64,000 bases of DNA, taken from positions 11,210-75,209 of the forward strand of contig JAHFFW010000006.1 of assembly GCA_023247725.1 (NCBI GenBank). Direction: 5' to 3'. The notes beneath the pieces were generated by a model that ran no database searches, was not told the DNA's origin, and saw only the letters and a list, made by a program, of their open reading frames with translations. Of this stretch, positions 55,605 through 64,000 are shown piece by piece (position 1 is the stretch's first letter; each line of letters begins with the position of its first letter). A program made the translations under genes and the position numbers. Source of the DNA: Candidatus Omnitrophota bacterium (GTDB lineage Bacteria > Omnitrophota > Gorgyraeia > Zapsychrales > JAHFFX01).

Positions 55605-55610
55605 TATTAT
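55605..55610 (-). promoter_or_regulatory. Candidate -10 TATAAT (with a weak -35 TAACAT) upstream of the DRTGG/thiolase/nqr genes
   Basis: Minus-strand TAACAT-17nt-TATAAT. By eye only. Confidence 0.25.
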
Positions 55611-55637
55611 AGTATGTTTGGGGAGGGAATGTTACTG

Positions 55638-56507
55638 TTACTTTAATTTTTGCTGGATCCTTGCGGGGATTTCATCGGGGGAATCAACCACCTCCACGCC
55701 AGCGGCTCGCAAAACCTTTATTTTAGTCTCAGCGGTGGTGTCGCCGGAGGAGATGATGGCGCCGGCGTGTCCCATGCGTTTGCCCGCGGGGGCCGTCTTG
55801 CCGGCGATAAAACCTACGACGGGTTTTTTCATTGAGGAAGAAATAAACTGGGCGGCTTGCTGTTCGTCCTCTCCGCCTATCTCGCCGACCAGAACCACAC
55901 CCTTCGTGTCCCGATCAGCCTCGAATAGCTTTAAGATATCAATGAATCTCATCCCAATAATGGGATCTCCCCCCAGACCAACGCAGGAAGATTGACCAAT
56001 CCCACTCATCGTGAGGTTGTAAACCACTTCATAGGTCAGGGTACCGCTTCGCGAAACCACGCCGATTGAGCCGGGACGATGGATATGACCAGGAAGGATT
56101 CCTACTTTAGATTTCCCCGGAGAAATCAATCCGGGGCAGTTGGGTCCATTAAGATGAATGGAGGTTCCTTTGAGGCGATGTTTGATTCCCACCATATCGA
56201 GAACGGGAATTCCTTCCGTGATACAGACGATGAGTTCAATACCGGCGTCGATATCTTCGAGCATGGCCGCCTTGGCAAAGGGCGCCGGCACATAAATCGC
56301 CGCGGCGTTGGCCTCGGTCATTTTTTTCGCCTCTTTAACCGAATTAAATACCGGGACCCCGTGAACACTCTGGCCACCTTTGCCTGGCGTGACTCCAGCC
56401 ACGACCTTGGTGCCGTATTCGAGCATCTTTTGGGTATGGAAAGAACCGTCGCGGCCTGTGATGCCTTGGACGATGAGCCTGGTATTCTCGTCGATAAGGA
56501 TACTCAT
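55638..56507 (-). CDS. sucD: Succinyl-CoA synthetase alpha subunit
   Basis: CoA-binding Rossmann, catalytic His loop ([10 protein letters not shown]). 289 aa. Confidence 0.9.
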   Translation of the reverse strand: MSILIDENTRLIVQGITGRDGSFHTQKMLEYGTKVVAGVTPGKGGQSVHGVPVFNSVKEAKKMTEANAAAIYVPAPFAKAAMLEDIDAGIELIVCITEGIPVLDMVGIKHRLKGTSIHLNGPNCPGLISPGKSKVGILPGHIHRPGSIGVVSRSGTLTYEVVYNLTMSGIGQSSCVGLGGDPIIGMRFIDILKLFEADRDTKGVVLVGEIGGEDEQQAAQFISSSMKKPVVGFIAGKTAPAGKRMGHAGAIISSGDTTAETKIKVLRAAGVEVVDSPDEIPARIQQKLK

Positions 56508-56510
56508 AGG

Positions 56511-56625
56511 TTTCTATTCTATCGGAATTCCGTAGGATGAGGGACGACCGCTCCCCTATTTGTGGCGCCAGTCGCTCGGACGAGGGACGTAGGATACTCT
56601 TTGAATCGTCCTTCGTCCCTCGGAC
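56511..56625. repeat. GGGACG-core self-complementary repeat separating sucC from sucD
   Basis: CCGTAGGATGAGGGACGACCGCTC...GGACGAGGGACGTAGGAT...CGTCCTTCGTCCCTCGGAC, related to 36889-37010. Confidence 0.6.
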
Positions 56626-57762
56626 TTAAATTTTACTCGCCAACGCCACGGCCTCCTGAATTGCCTCCCGCATGGTGGCGAACATCCGGAGATTAGCGCC
56701 GGACAAAAGTTCCTTAGCTTCTTTTTCGTTCGTTCCGGTCAAACGGATGACCAGAGGAACGGAGATCTTGATCTGCTGTCTGGCTTCGAGGATTCCTTTG
56801 GCAATGTCATCACAACGGGTGATTCCGCCGAAAATATTGATGAGAATACTGGTGACGTTTTTGTTCTTTAAAATAATCTTTAAGGCGTTGAGGACCTTTT
56901 CGGGATTGGAGCTGCCGCCGACATCTAAAAAATTAGCGGGTTCTCCGCCGAATAGTTTGATCACATCCATCGTCGCCATGGCGAGGCCAGCCCCATTGAC
57001 AATGCAACCCACATTGCCTTCCATTTTGACGAAACTCAAACCCTTTTGCTTGGCCTCCAACTCGTCGGGCTCTTCATAATTGAAATCGATGAGCTTTTGG
57101 ATCTCTGGCTGACGGAACAAGGCATTGTCATCAAAATTGATTTTAGCGTCAGCGGCAAACCACCGGCCTTTTTTATCCATGACCAAGGGATTAATTTCGG
57201 CCAGGGAACAATCGAGTTTATAAAAAACCTGAACGAGTTTCTGTAAAATGGCGCCGGCGGGTGCTTGCAGATTCGGTTCGGGAAAAACCTGTCGCAAAAA
57301 TCCCGGCCATTGCTGGGGATCCACTTCTTTTTGGCCGCCCATATAAATTTTGTGAATTTTTTCCGGAGACTTTTTGGCGGTTTCTTCAATATCAACCCCG
57401 CCGGCTGAACTGGCGATCAAAACCACATCGTCTTTCACATTGTCAACGGTCAAGGCCACATAAAATTCTCTTTCGATGTCCAGAGCTTTGACGATGAGGA
57501 TTTTTTCTACGGTATAATTTTTAATCCGCAGGGCCTTGATTTCGGAAAAATACTTTTCAAGCTCAATTTTATCTTTAGCTAACTTTACGCCGCCCGCCTT
57601 GCCGCGTCCGCCAACCAGGACTTGGGCCTTGAGAACAACCGGAAAGCCCAGGGTTGAAACAATATCCTGGGCCTCGTCGATGTCTTCGGCCACCTGGCCG
57701 CCCGCAACCGGAATTCCCGCATGCCGGAATAATTCGATGGCCTGATATTCGTGGATTTTCAT
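56626..57762 (-). CDS. sucC: Succinyl-CoA synthetase beta subunit
   Basis: ATP-grasp N-terminus MKIHEYQAIELFR, ligase-CoA domain. 378 aa. Confidence 0.9.
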   Translation of the reverse strand: MKIHEYQAIELFRHAGIPVAGGQVAEDIDEAQDIVSTLGFPVVLKAQVLVGGRGKAGGVKLAKDKIELEKYFSEIKALRIKNYTVEKILIVKALDIEREFYVALTVDNVKDDVVLIASSAGGVDIEETAKKSPEKIHKIYMGGQKEVDPQQWPGFLRQVFPEPNLQAPAGAILQKLVQVFYKLDCSLAEINPLVMDKKGRWFAADAKINFDDNALFRQPEIQKLIDFNYEEPDELEAKQKGLSFVKMEGNVGCIVNGAGLAMATMDVIKLFGGEPANFLDVGGSSNPEKVLNALKIILKNKNVTSILINIFGGITRCDDIAKGILEARQQIKISVPLVIRLTGTNEKEAKELLSGANLRMFATMREAIQEAVALASKI

Positions 57763-57765
57763 AGG

Positions 57766-57972
57766 TTAACGTGGGACATCGGACGTCCGCACTTGACTAG
57801 AACAGCAGGTGCTCGGACGTAGGATGTCTTCATTACAAAATGATCCTACAACTTTTTCTCCGCTACGTCCCTCATTTTTCCTTCCAAGTAGACCTCTCAT
57901 TGCTACGTCCCGCGTCCAAACGACACTGAGCATTTAGCGAGGAGTGGACGAACTTACGTCCTACGTTATTAA
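57766..57972. repeat. ~207-bp element bounded by inverted repeats AACGTGGGACAT...ACGTCCTACGTT, carrying GGGACG-core internal motifs, upstream of sucC
   Basis: Ends and inner block (ACGTCCCGCGTCCAAACGAC...AGCGAGGAGTGGACG) are near-identical to the element at 1997-2363. TTAA at both boundaries. Confidence 0.6.
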
Positions 57973-58016
57973 AAGTTGGTAAGCATCCTATCACGGGTTT
58001 AATTCTTTGTAAATTA

Positions 58017-58580
58017 CTAATGCCGGGTTGAATCTTTTTCTGGCATGAGATACTTGACCAAGGAGGAAAGTGTCTTAACACCGACCGCACCATCGGCTTT
58101 TAAATTATTTTGGCGCTGAAAATCGGCGATGGCCTTGAGTGTTTTAGGTCCGAATTTTCCATCCATGCGTCCGGGAAAGAAGCCGGCATTTTTTAAGGCG
58201 AACTGCAGTTGATGGTACTGGATTTCACCATTTTTAACCAAGCCGCTTGCCTCGAACTTATGCAATTGATTCCAGGTGGGCTGGTCGATAAAACGCGTCG
58301 CTTTCAGTCCGTTATCTTCCTGGAAGCGAGCGACGGCCATCCGCGTATTGGTTCCTAATTTTCCGTCAATTGGGCCAGGATTATAGCCATATAATTTCAA
58401 AAGTTTTTGAACATCCTTGACGGCAGGATTTTCCTGGGAGGGAATCAGATCTCCTAAAAGTTCTCGTTCCTGTGCCCCTTCCTTTTGCAGCATGCGATAC
58501 AATAAGTCACAGCCGCAACAGCACAAAACCGATGGCATGAGAAAAAAAACGGCTAATTGGGTTAAAACGTTGCGGGACAT
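58017..58580 (-). CDS. Putative peptidoglycan-binding (PG_binding_1 x2) protein, possibly a lipoprotein
   Basis: Two repeats of the LxxxGYxPGxxDGxFGxxTxxAVxxFQ type. Hydrophobic N-terminus with a Cys cluster. ATG at 58580. Confidence 0.55.
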   Translation of the reverse strand: MSRNVLTQLAVFFLMPSVLCCCGCDLLYRMLQKEGAQERELLGDLIPSQENPAVKDVQKLLKLYGYNPGPIDGKLGTNTRMAVARFQEDNGLKATRFIDQPTWNQLHKFEASGLVKNGEIQYHQLQFALKNAGFFPGRMDGKFGPKTLKAIADFQRQNNLKADGAVGVKTLSSLVKYLMPEKDSTRH

Positions 58581-58666
58581 AAAGTCGTGTATAAAAATTC
58601 CATAACGAGTCTTTTCTTGCAAAATTGTTGAATGGAGGAAGAATCGTCAATAAAATCAAATTTACC

Positions 58667-60442
58667 ATGCCAGTATCTCCAGCCATTAATCGCCGCTACA
58701 GCATCGTGGCGATTCTCATTCTCATTGTGTTGGGAGGGCTCATCTATATCTTCTCCTTGCCCAATGCCATGTTCTGGGATGATGAGGATTTCATTCTTAA
58801 AAATGTTTTCTTGCGCGACTGGCACGACTTCCCTCGATTCTTCAGCGAGAATGTGATTGCCGGATCCCATCTCCTTAGCAATTATTGGCGGCCGCTGTTA
58901 TTGACGGTATTTTCCGCCGAATGGCATCTATGGCACGGTCGTCCCGCCGGCTGGCATTTGGTAAATTTCGGTGTTCATCTGGCCGATAGTATTCTCCTTT
59001 TTTTTCTTATCCGCCGGCTTTTTGGTCTTCCGCGGCTGGCCTTTCTGGTGAGCCTCCTTTTCCTCATCCATCCGATTCAGACCGAGGCCGTCGTTTATAT
59101 TAACAGTCTGGGAGATCCTTTATCCGTTCTTTTTGTCTTTGCGGGGTTGATCTTCTACCATCGAAGCCGCACATCCAATAACGAAAATGATTATGCGCTT
59201 TCCATGTTCATGTATATCCTGGGACTACTCAGTAAAGAAACGGCGTTCATGATGCCGTCCCTTCTGTTTCTGGTCGAATTCTTTCTCCTTGATCCAGGGC
59301 TTTCAACTCGACAAAAATGGAAACAGATCCTGCGCTGGCTATGGCCTTTTATTTTGATGGCGGGCATTTATCTCGGCTTACGGGCCACGGTCTTAAATTT
59401 CAACGGGACATTCAATTTTTATAAAGAACCGGATCTTTTCTCAACCAACTGGGCCATTCGATTATTTACATTCTTCCGGGTCCTGACGGTGTATCTGGGA
59501 CTTTTGATCTGGCCGATCCATTTGCACGTTGAACGCAGTGTTCCCATCGCGACGAGCATTTTTCGAACCGATGTTTTTCTAGGATGCCTTGTTTTTTTTG
59601 GCGCCCTCATCGCCATATTCAGATTGGGCCGCAAGAGGCCGCTCATCAATTTTTCGCTCGGCTGGTTTTTCTTGACCCTTCTTCCGGCTTCCAATCTTTT
59701 CATCCCCATCAACGCCTTGCTTTATGAGCATTGGCTTTATGTTCCCATGATTGGCTTTCTTTTACCTCTCCTGGGTGAGGGACTCAAACTGGCCGAACGT
59801 TACCACCTTAAGGTCATTCTTTGTGTCTGCTTTCTCCTCAGCGCCTTTTCGTTTTCTTTTTTATCCATCCAACGAATTTTGGAATGGCGGGATCCCATCC
59901 GATTTTATGAGCTCACTCTCGAATACGCGCCCAAGAGTTACCGGGTCATCAACAATTTAGGAATGGCCTATGCGGACCGGGGATTTTTGGATAAAGCTCA
60001 AGCGGCCTATGAGCGTGCGATTTCGATTGATCCCTCTAATCCCGTCGCTCATCACAATATTGGAAATCTGTTCCTCGCACAAAACCGTTTGGAGGCCGCC
60101 CGAAAAGAATATGAAACCGCCATTCGGGTGGATCCAAAATTTCTTTTTACTTATCCCTATCTCGCCAATCTATATCTTAGGACCAACGATTATCCCTCGG
60201 CTCGGCGAACCTTGGAAAAACTCTTTCCCTATAGCCAAGATCCGTTGGGCACTCTGCAGACCCTTTTCGATATTGCCCTTCAAGAAAAAAACTATCCAGC
60301 GGCATTTACCTATATCACCCGCGCACTGGCTCTTTCGCCCCATAACTGGATGATTCAAAAATCTTTCCAAGAATTACAAATGCGGGTGAATCCCTCAACC
60401 TCACCTGCGTCCCTCTCTCCTCCGTCGACAATCCCCCGATAA
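58667..60442 (+). CDS. Polytopic membrane protein with a C-terminal TPR domain. Resembles GT-C-fold glycosyltransferases (PMT/TMTC/ArnT-like)
   Basis: ~11 TM helices, DDEDF acidic motif in the first extracytoplasmic loop, 4-5 TPR repeats at the C-terminus. One of the two plus-strand genes. Confidence 0.5.
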   Translation: MPVSPAINRRYSIVAILILIVLGGLIYIFSLPNAMFWDDEDFILKNVFLRDWHDFPRFFSENVIAGSHLLSNYWRPLLLTVFSAEWHLWHGRPAGWHLVNFGVHLADSILLFFLIRRLFGLPRLAFLVSLLFLIHPIQTEAVVYINSLGDPLSVLFVFAGLIFYHRSRTSNNENDYALSMFMYILGLLSKETAFMMPSLLFLVEFFLLDPGLSTRQKWKQILRWLWPFILMAGIYLGLRATVLNFNGTFNFYKEPDLFSTNWAIRLFTFFRVLTVYLGLLIWPIHLHVERSVPIATSIFRTDVFLGCLVFFGALIAIFRLGRKRPLINFSLGWFFLTLLPASNLFIPINALLYEHWLYVPMIGFLLPLLGEGLKLAERYHLKVILCVCFLLSAFSFSFLSIQRILEWRDPIRFYELTLEYAPKSYRVINNLGMAYADRGFLDKAQAAYERAISIDPSNPVAHHNIGNLFLAQNRLEAARKEYETAIRVDPKFLFTYPYLANLYLRTNDYPSARRTLEKLFPYSQDPLGTLQTLFDIALQEKNYPAAFTYITRALALSPHNWMIQKSFQELQMRVNPSTSPASLSPPSTIPR

Positions 60443-60543
60443 CCAACCCACAAGCGCTCCTTTTTCGCTTCCGATAGGCAGGAGGGGAAAACTTGCCCTT
60501 TCTCATTTTAAAGACACAGTTGTTGACTTTTTCTCAATCAGGT

Positions 60544-61761
60544 CTAACGATGACTGCGGTAGGGCCGCCGGGCCCTCCAGAATCCTCGGTGGGCAGAACC
60601 TCCCGAACTGCGCGAAGCTGAAATAAAATTTTCCGCGGGAATTTCCGGATGCCTTGATATCGGTAGCGTCGCCCGGATCAACCGTTCGATATCCTGCACG
60701 TCCTGTTTCTGGTCGGCGGTGGCAAAAGAGATCGCATGGCCCGACATCCCGGCGCGTCCGGTGCGTCCAATGCGATGCACATAATTTTCAGCGTCTTCTG
60801 GTAAGTCGTAATTGATCACGAGTTCAATCCCCTTGACATCAATACCCCGAGAAGCGATGTCCGTGGCGACGAGGATCCGGTACTTTCCAGTCTTAAAACC
60901 TTCTAAGGCTTCTCGCCTTTGGCCCAGGGAACGGTCGGAATGGATCTCGGCAGCCCGATGCCCGTGCTGCTTTAGATAACCGACGATCCGGTGCGCCGAA
61001 AGCTTGGTACGACAAAACAAAAGAATGCTGCCACGAAACTGTCCCAGCAGTTTGTTCAATAACGTCTTTTTCATATCGGGTTTAACAATAAAAAGCTCAT
61101 GGGTCACGTTTTCGGCCTTGGTTCCGGAGGGCGCAATTTCGATAGAAACCGGCACGCGCATATGACGGTGGACAACAGTCAAGATTTCCGAAGGCATGGT
61201 CGCAGTAAAAAGCATGGTCTGCCGTTCTCTGGGTAAGACCTTGAGAATCCGTTCAATTTGGGGGGCAAAGCCCATATCGAACATCCGATCCGCTTCATCG
61301 AGGACTAAGGTTTTAACCTCGTGCAAATGAACCTTGCGCTGTTCCATGAGGTCGATCAGTCGGCCGGGAGTTGCCACGACGACGCGGGGATGAACGGAAA
61401 GCGCCCTGATTTGTAAAGGGATGGGTTCACCGCCAATGAGGACCACGGTCCGGATTCCCAAGGGCCGACCGATCTTGGCAAAAATTTCTTCGACTTGCAG
61501 GGCCAGCTCTCGTGTCGGAACCACCACCAACGCCTTTTCTTTATTGGATACGAGTTTCTGAACGATCGGAATGACAAAGGCCAAGGTCTTCCCGGTTCCG
61601 GTTTGGGCAATGCCCATCAGATCCTTCCCTTCCAGGGCTAAGGGAATCGCTTGATGCTGAATCGGAGTCGCGTTCTTAAACTTCATCTTATGGAGGCTCT
61701 CAATGATCCTTGGCGCGATTCCTAAACCAAAGAATTGATCATGGGTTTGTTCTGGTTCCAA
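60544..61761 (-). CDS. DEAD-box ATP-dependent RNA helicase
   Basis: Q-motif, Walker A AQTGTGKT, DEAD, SAT, HRIGRTGR motifs. Arg-rich C-terminal tail. TTG start with AAGGAG SD. Confidence 0.9.
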   Translation of the reverse strand: MEPEQTHDQFFGLGIAPRIIESLHKMKFKNATPIQHQAIPLALEGKDLMGIAQTGTGKTLAFVIPIVQKLVSNKEKALVVVPTRELALQVEEIFAKIGRPLGIRTVVLIGGEPIPLQIRALSVHPRVVVATPGRLIDLMEQRKVHLHEVKTLVLDEADRMFDMGFAPQIERILKVLPRERQTMLFTATMPSEILTVVHRHMRVPVSIEIAPSGTKAENVTHELFIVKPDMKKTLLNKLLGQFRGSILLFCRTKLSAHRIVGYLKQHGHRAAEIHSDRSLGQRREALEGFKTGKYRILVATDIASRGIDVKGIELVINYDLPEDAENYVHRIGRTGRAGMSGHAISFATADQKQDVQDIERLIRATLPISRHPEIPAENFISASRSSGGSAHRGFWRARRPYRSHR

Positions 61762-61864
61762 GGAAGCTCCTTTCCAGGCTGCACAACGAATCCACTATTC
61801 TCGCTATAAAATATTCAGCATTCTTTGTCCAGCCGAATATCCCAGCGGTGAAAAAAACAAATCT

Positions 61865-61873
61865 ATTATATCA
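61865..61873 (-). promoter_or_regulatory. Extended -10 (TGATATAAT) candidate promoter for the helicase gene, ~100-nt 5' UTR
   Basis: Minus-strand CTTTACTGATATAATAG. The -35 is weak. Confidence 0.35.
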
Positions 61874-61929
61874 GTAAAGAGCAATTTAAAAAGCCTGCGG
61901 TTGCAATTGGTGCGGGCAGCCCAGGGCAC

Positions 61930-61975
61930 AAAAAAGGCTCCGCGTTTTTTCTCGGTAAAAACAGCGGAGCCTCAA
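61930..61975 (-). terminator. Rho-independent terminator: AGGCUCCGC-U-GUUUUU loop AAAAAAC-GCGGAGCC followed by UUUUUU
   Basis: Read directly. ~290 nt downstream of the PAS-GAF gene stop. Confidence 0.55.
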
Positions 61976-62263
61976 AGCCTAACCAACCCTACCGGTATGC
62001 GGCCGTCGGAGAAGGGCACATCTCTTCGGCAAATTTCTTAATTCTTTCCTTTAGAAATTTCCTCTAACGAAACCGGATACAAAAAATAAACTTTCTTTCG
62101 CCCCAATATTTTTTCGTTGGGACTTAGCAGGACCGTTCCTCCGCAACTCAAACACGAAAGTATTTGAACGAGGGAGAACGAGAATATCGTTGCGAAGCAA
62201 AACCGACAATTCTATTAGTTTTGCGTAGCAGAATAATATGGGGACAACTGTCCACCCACCTAC

Positions 62264-63247
62264 TTAATACCGATGCCGCAAACTGGCCCAAGGCTCACCT
62301 TCGGCCAATTCTTCCAGACGTTGAAACAGCCGCGTATTTTCCAAAGCAATGCCTACCGCCCTGGCCATGACACAGAGCATTTTCAAATCCAAGTCGGTAA
62401 ATACCTTCCAAGAGCCATCGAGTTTGTCCGCCATATTAATAATTCCCAACAAGCGCGGTCCAAACATTACCGGCACGCTCATAAATGAGCGGGTCGGATA
62501 ATAGGGGCGGTTGGGATGTTGGAAATGTTGATCGTATTCGATGTTTAAAACCAAAGTGGGTTCGCGTTTTTGTGCAACGATCCCCGCAATCGATTCACCC
62601 ATCTTTATATGAGTGTTGCGAATGGTCGACTCCTCCAATCCATGAGCAGCTAGGATAGAAAGCTCTTCTTTTTGTTGGTCATAAAGCATAAACGAACATT
62701 TTTGCGCTTTGAGGATACCGGCAATCTGATCGACGGAAAAATTACCAAGCTGTTGGACATCATGGATAAGACTCAAGCTTTCCTCAAAGTTTAAAATCTG
62801 ATTCAGTTCATCCTTTTCTTCTTTAAAACTTTCTTCGATTCTTTTCTTTTCGGTAATATCGTGAACGATTCCTTCCACGCCCATGATGCGATTGGCTTCG
62901 TCTTTGACCCAATTACCGGTGACCGAAAAAACCGCGACCGAACCGTCTTTGCGTTTATTGCGCACTTCGTAATCGCAAACAAATCCCGCTTTTTCCATGG
63001 CCTTTAAGAAAGACTGACGATCATCGGGGTTGGCATATAATTCCTTCGCCAAATTCTTTCCCAAAAGATCATCTTTCCGTGAATACCCGAGCATCGATAC
63101 AAACGCCGAATTGACATACATCAAGTTTCCTTGCTCATCGGCGATGTAGACGCCTGCGCGGCTTTCTTCGATAAGCTGACGGAACACTTTGTTTGGTTCC
63201 AAATAAAGCAAGGTGTAAAATTTTGTTTTGGTTAATAGGCTGTTCAT
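62264..63247 (-). CDS. PAS + GAF signalling protein without an output domain
   Basis: PAS (YIADEQGNLMYVNSAFVSMLGY...), then GAF. ATG at ~63247 with AAGGAGA SD. The ORF-track start at 63283 lacks an SD. Confidence 0.6.
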   Translation of the reverse strand: MNSLLTKTKFYTLLYLEPNKVFRQLIEESRAGVYIADEQGNLMYVNSAFVSMLGYSRKDDLLGKNLAKELYANPDDRQSFLKAMEKAGFVCDYEVRNKRKDGSVAVFSVTGNWVKDEANRIMGVEGIVHDITEKKRIEESFKEEKDELNQILNFEESLSLIHDVQQLGNFSVDQIAGILKAQKCSFMLYDQQKEELSILAAHGLEESTIRNTHIKMGESIAGIVAQKREPTLVLNIEYDQHFQHPNRPYYPTRSFMSVPVMFGPRLLGIINMADKLDGSWKVFTDLDLKMLCVMARAVGIALENTRLFQRLEELAEGEPWASLRHRY

Positions 63248-63301
63248 TTTATCGTCTCCTTTTTTTAAGGATGAACCAAACATCCTACATAAACAAAAAG
63301 T

Positions 63302-64000
63302 TCACCCGGAAATCTGATTTCTCCCCTTCTGTTTGGCTGCATATAAATGGCTATCGGCTCGCCGTATAAGGTCATGCCGGTCGGTCTGGTCATTGCCTTG
63401 AGCCAAGCCAACACTCACGCTGATGGGATGCTGGGCAGGCAATTCCGAAATTTTTGTTCGAATTTTCTCAGCCGTGATCCTGGCTTGACTTAAATCCGTC
63501 TCTGGCAGAATCACCACAAATTCGTCGCCGGCATAACGACAAACGACATCCGTTGTGCGCACATTTTGTTTAATCACTTTTACCACAGTTTTAAGAAGTT
63601 TATCCCCCTCCAAATGTCCAAAGGTATCATTATAAGACTTCAATTGATCGATATCGATCATCAAAAACGACAGATTTCTTCCATAGCGCTTGGAGCGCAC
63701 GACCTCATAATCCAGAGTTTGAGTAAGATAACGATAATTGTAAATGCCGGTCAAAGCATCAGTCATCGAAATATACTTGAGTTCACGATACAATTTGGCA
63801 TTTTCGATGGCAATCCTCACCTGACGGACAATCATAAAAAGGATTTTCAAATCCAAATCGGTAAAAACATCGCCGTGCTTCCCTTTTTTATGGGAAACGT
63901 TAATGATCCCCAATAAATGATCTTTCAATTCAATTGGAACGCTTAGAAATGTTTCGCTTTGATAAAGAGCCCCGTCTATTCTGGAAGAATGTTTGTGAGA
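63302..64000 (-). CDS. GAF-GGDEF diguanylate cyclase, 5'-truncated by the window end
   Basis: GGDEF core RYAGDEF with upstream GAF C-terminal helix. The reading frame stays open through position 64000. GAF segment paralogous to 62264-63247. Confidence 0.7.
   Translation of the reverse strand, partial: SHKHSSRIDGALYQSETFLSVPIELKDHLLGIINVSHKKGKHGDVFTDLDLKILFMIVRQVRIAIENAKLYRELKYISMTDALTGIYNYRYLTQTLDYEVVRSKRYGRNLSFLMIDIDQLKSYNDTFGHLEGDKLLKTVVKVIKQNVRTTDVVCRYAGDEFVVILPETDLSQARITAEKIRTKISELPAQHPISVSVGLAQGNDQTDRHDLIRRADSHLYAAKQKGRNQISG

Noticed and set aside
1-64000. CRISPR arrays, tRNA/rRNA genes, transposases, integrases or phage genes
   Set aside because: None seen. The intergenic repeats are short palindromic or inverted-repeat elements without encoded transposase. 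No spacer-repeat periodicity or tRNA cloverleaf-sized conserved segments noticed.

Overview
This is a 64-kb chromosomal segment, about 50% GC, apparently from a diderm (Gram-negative-type) bacterium. The diderm call rests on an apolipoprotein N-acyltransferase (Lnt), an outer-membrane beta-barrel and lipoprotein signals; I could not place the lineage more precisely from sequence alone. Gene density is high and strand bias is extreme: roughly 53 of the 55 CDS I call are on the minus strand, with two on the plus strand, which is consistent with one replichore arm. I saw no rRNA, tRNA, CRISPR array, transposase or phage genes.

Content, given in transcription order (high to low coordinate):
- A PAS-GAF and GAF-GGDEF signalling pair, a DEAD-box helicase, a TPR/GT-C-like membrane protein (plus strand) and a peptidoglycan-binding protein.
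- sucC-sucD, a standalone protein resembling the phosphotransacetylase N-terminal (DRTGG) domain, and a thiolase.
- The complete Na+-NQR operon nqrABCDEF, with a small NqrM-like ORF convergent to nqrF.
- A large nitrogen-assimilation supercluster. It opens with a membrane protein and a GAF-GAF-ANTAR antiterminator. A structured nirB leader precedes nirB-nirD-narK. A degenerate duplicated gene fragment follows, then an alginate-export-family porin. Next come a 4x[4Fe-4S]-ferredoxin::NrfD-type membrane fusion protein, a NarB/NasA-type nitrate reductase and a MOSC protein. The cluster continues with amtB-glnK, GSI glnA, GSIII, a class-I GATase and nadE. A Fis-type HTH protein precedes gltB, and a HEPN/MNT toxin-antitoxin pair plus a DUF2283 gene sit between gltB and gltD.
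- A TPR lipoprotein and secreted proteins, an ECF sigma factor with an 840-aa anti-sigma::vWA (YfbK-like) partner, lnt, glpK-glpD, and carA-carB.

Intercistronic gaps carry several families of GC-rich, highly self-complementary short repeats. One group has a GGGACG core and perfect 12-bp terminal inverted repeats. The others are a GGTTATCCGG family and a 38-nt CCCGGGGA...GTCGTCGGGG...ACAAAAC motif. One copy splits carA from carB and another splits sucC from sucD.

The most novel-looking candidate system is the nitrate/nitrite assimilation module. It combines an ANTAR antiterminator paired with a polytopic membrane protein, a leader attenuator with an ANTAR-type hexaloop hairpin, a dedicated outer-membrane channel, and a ferredoxin-NrfD fusion that could couple a cytoplasmic NarB-type reductase to the quinol pool.

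Coordinates are 1-based within the window. Some starts were moved from the ORF-track values to internal ATG/GTG/TTG codons that have Shine-Dalgarno support, so they are approximate to about 1 nt.
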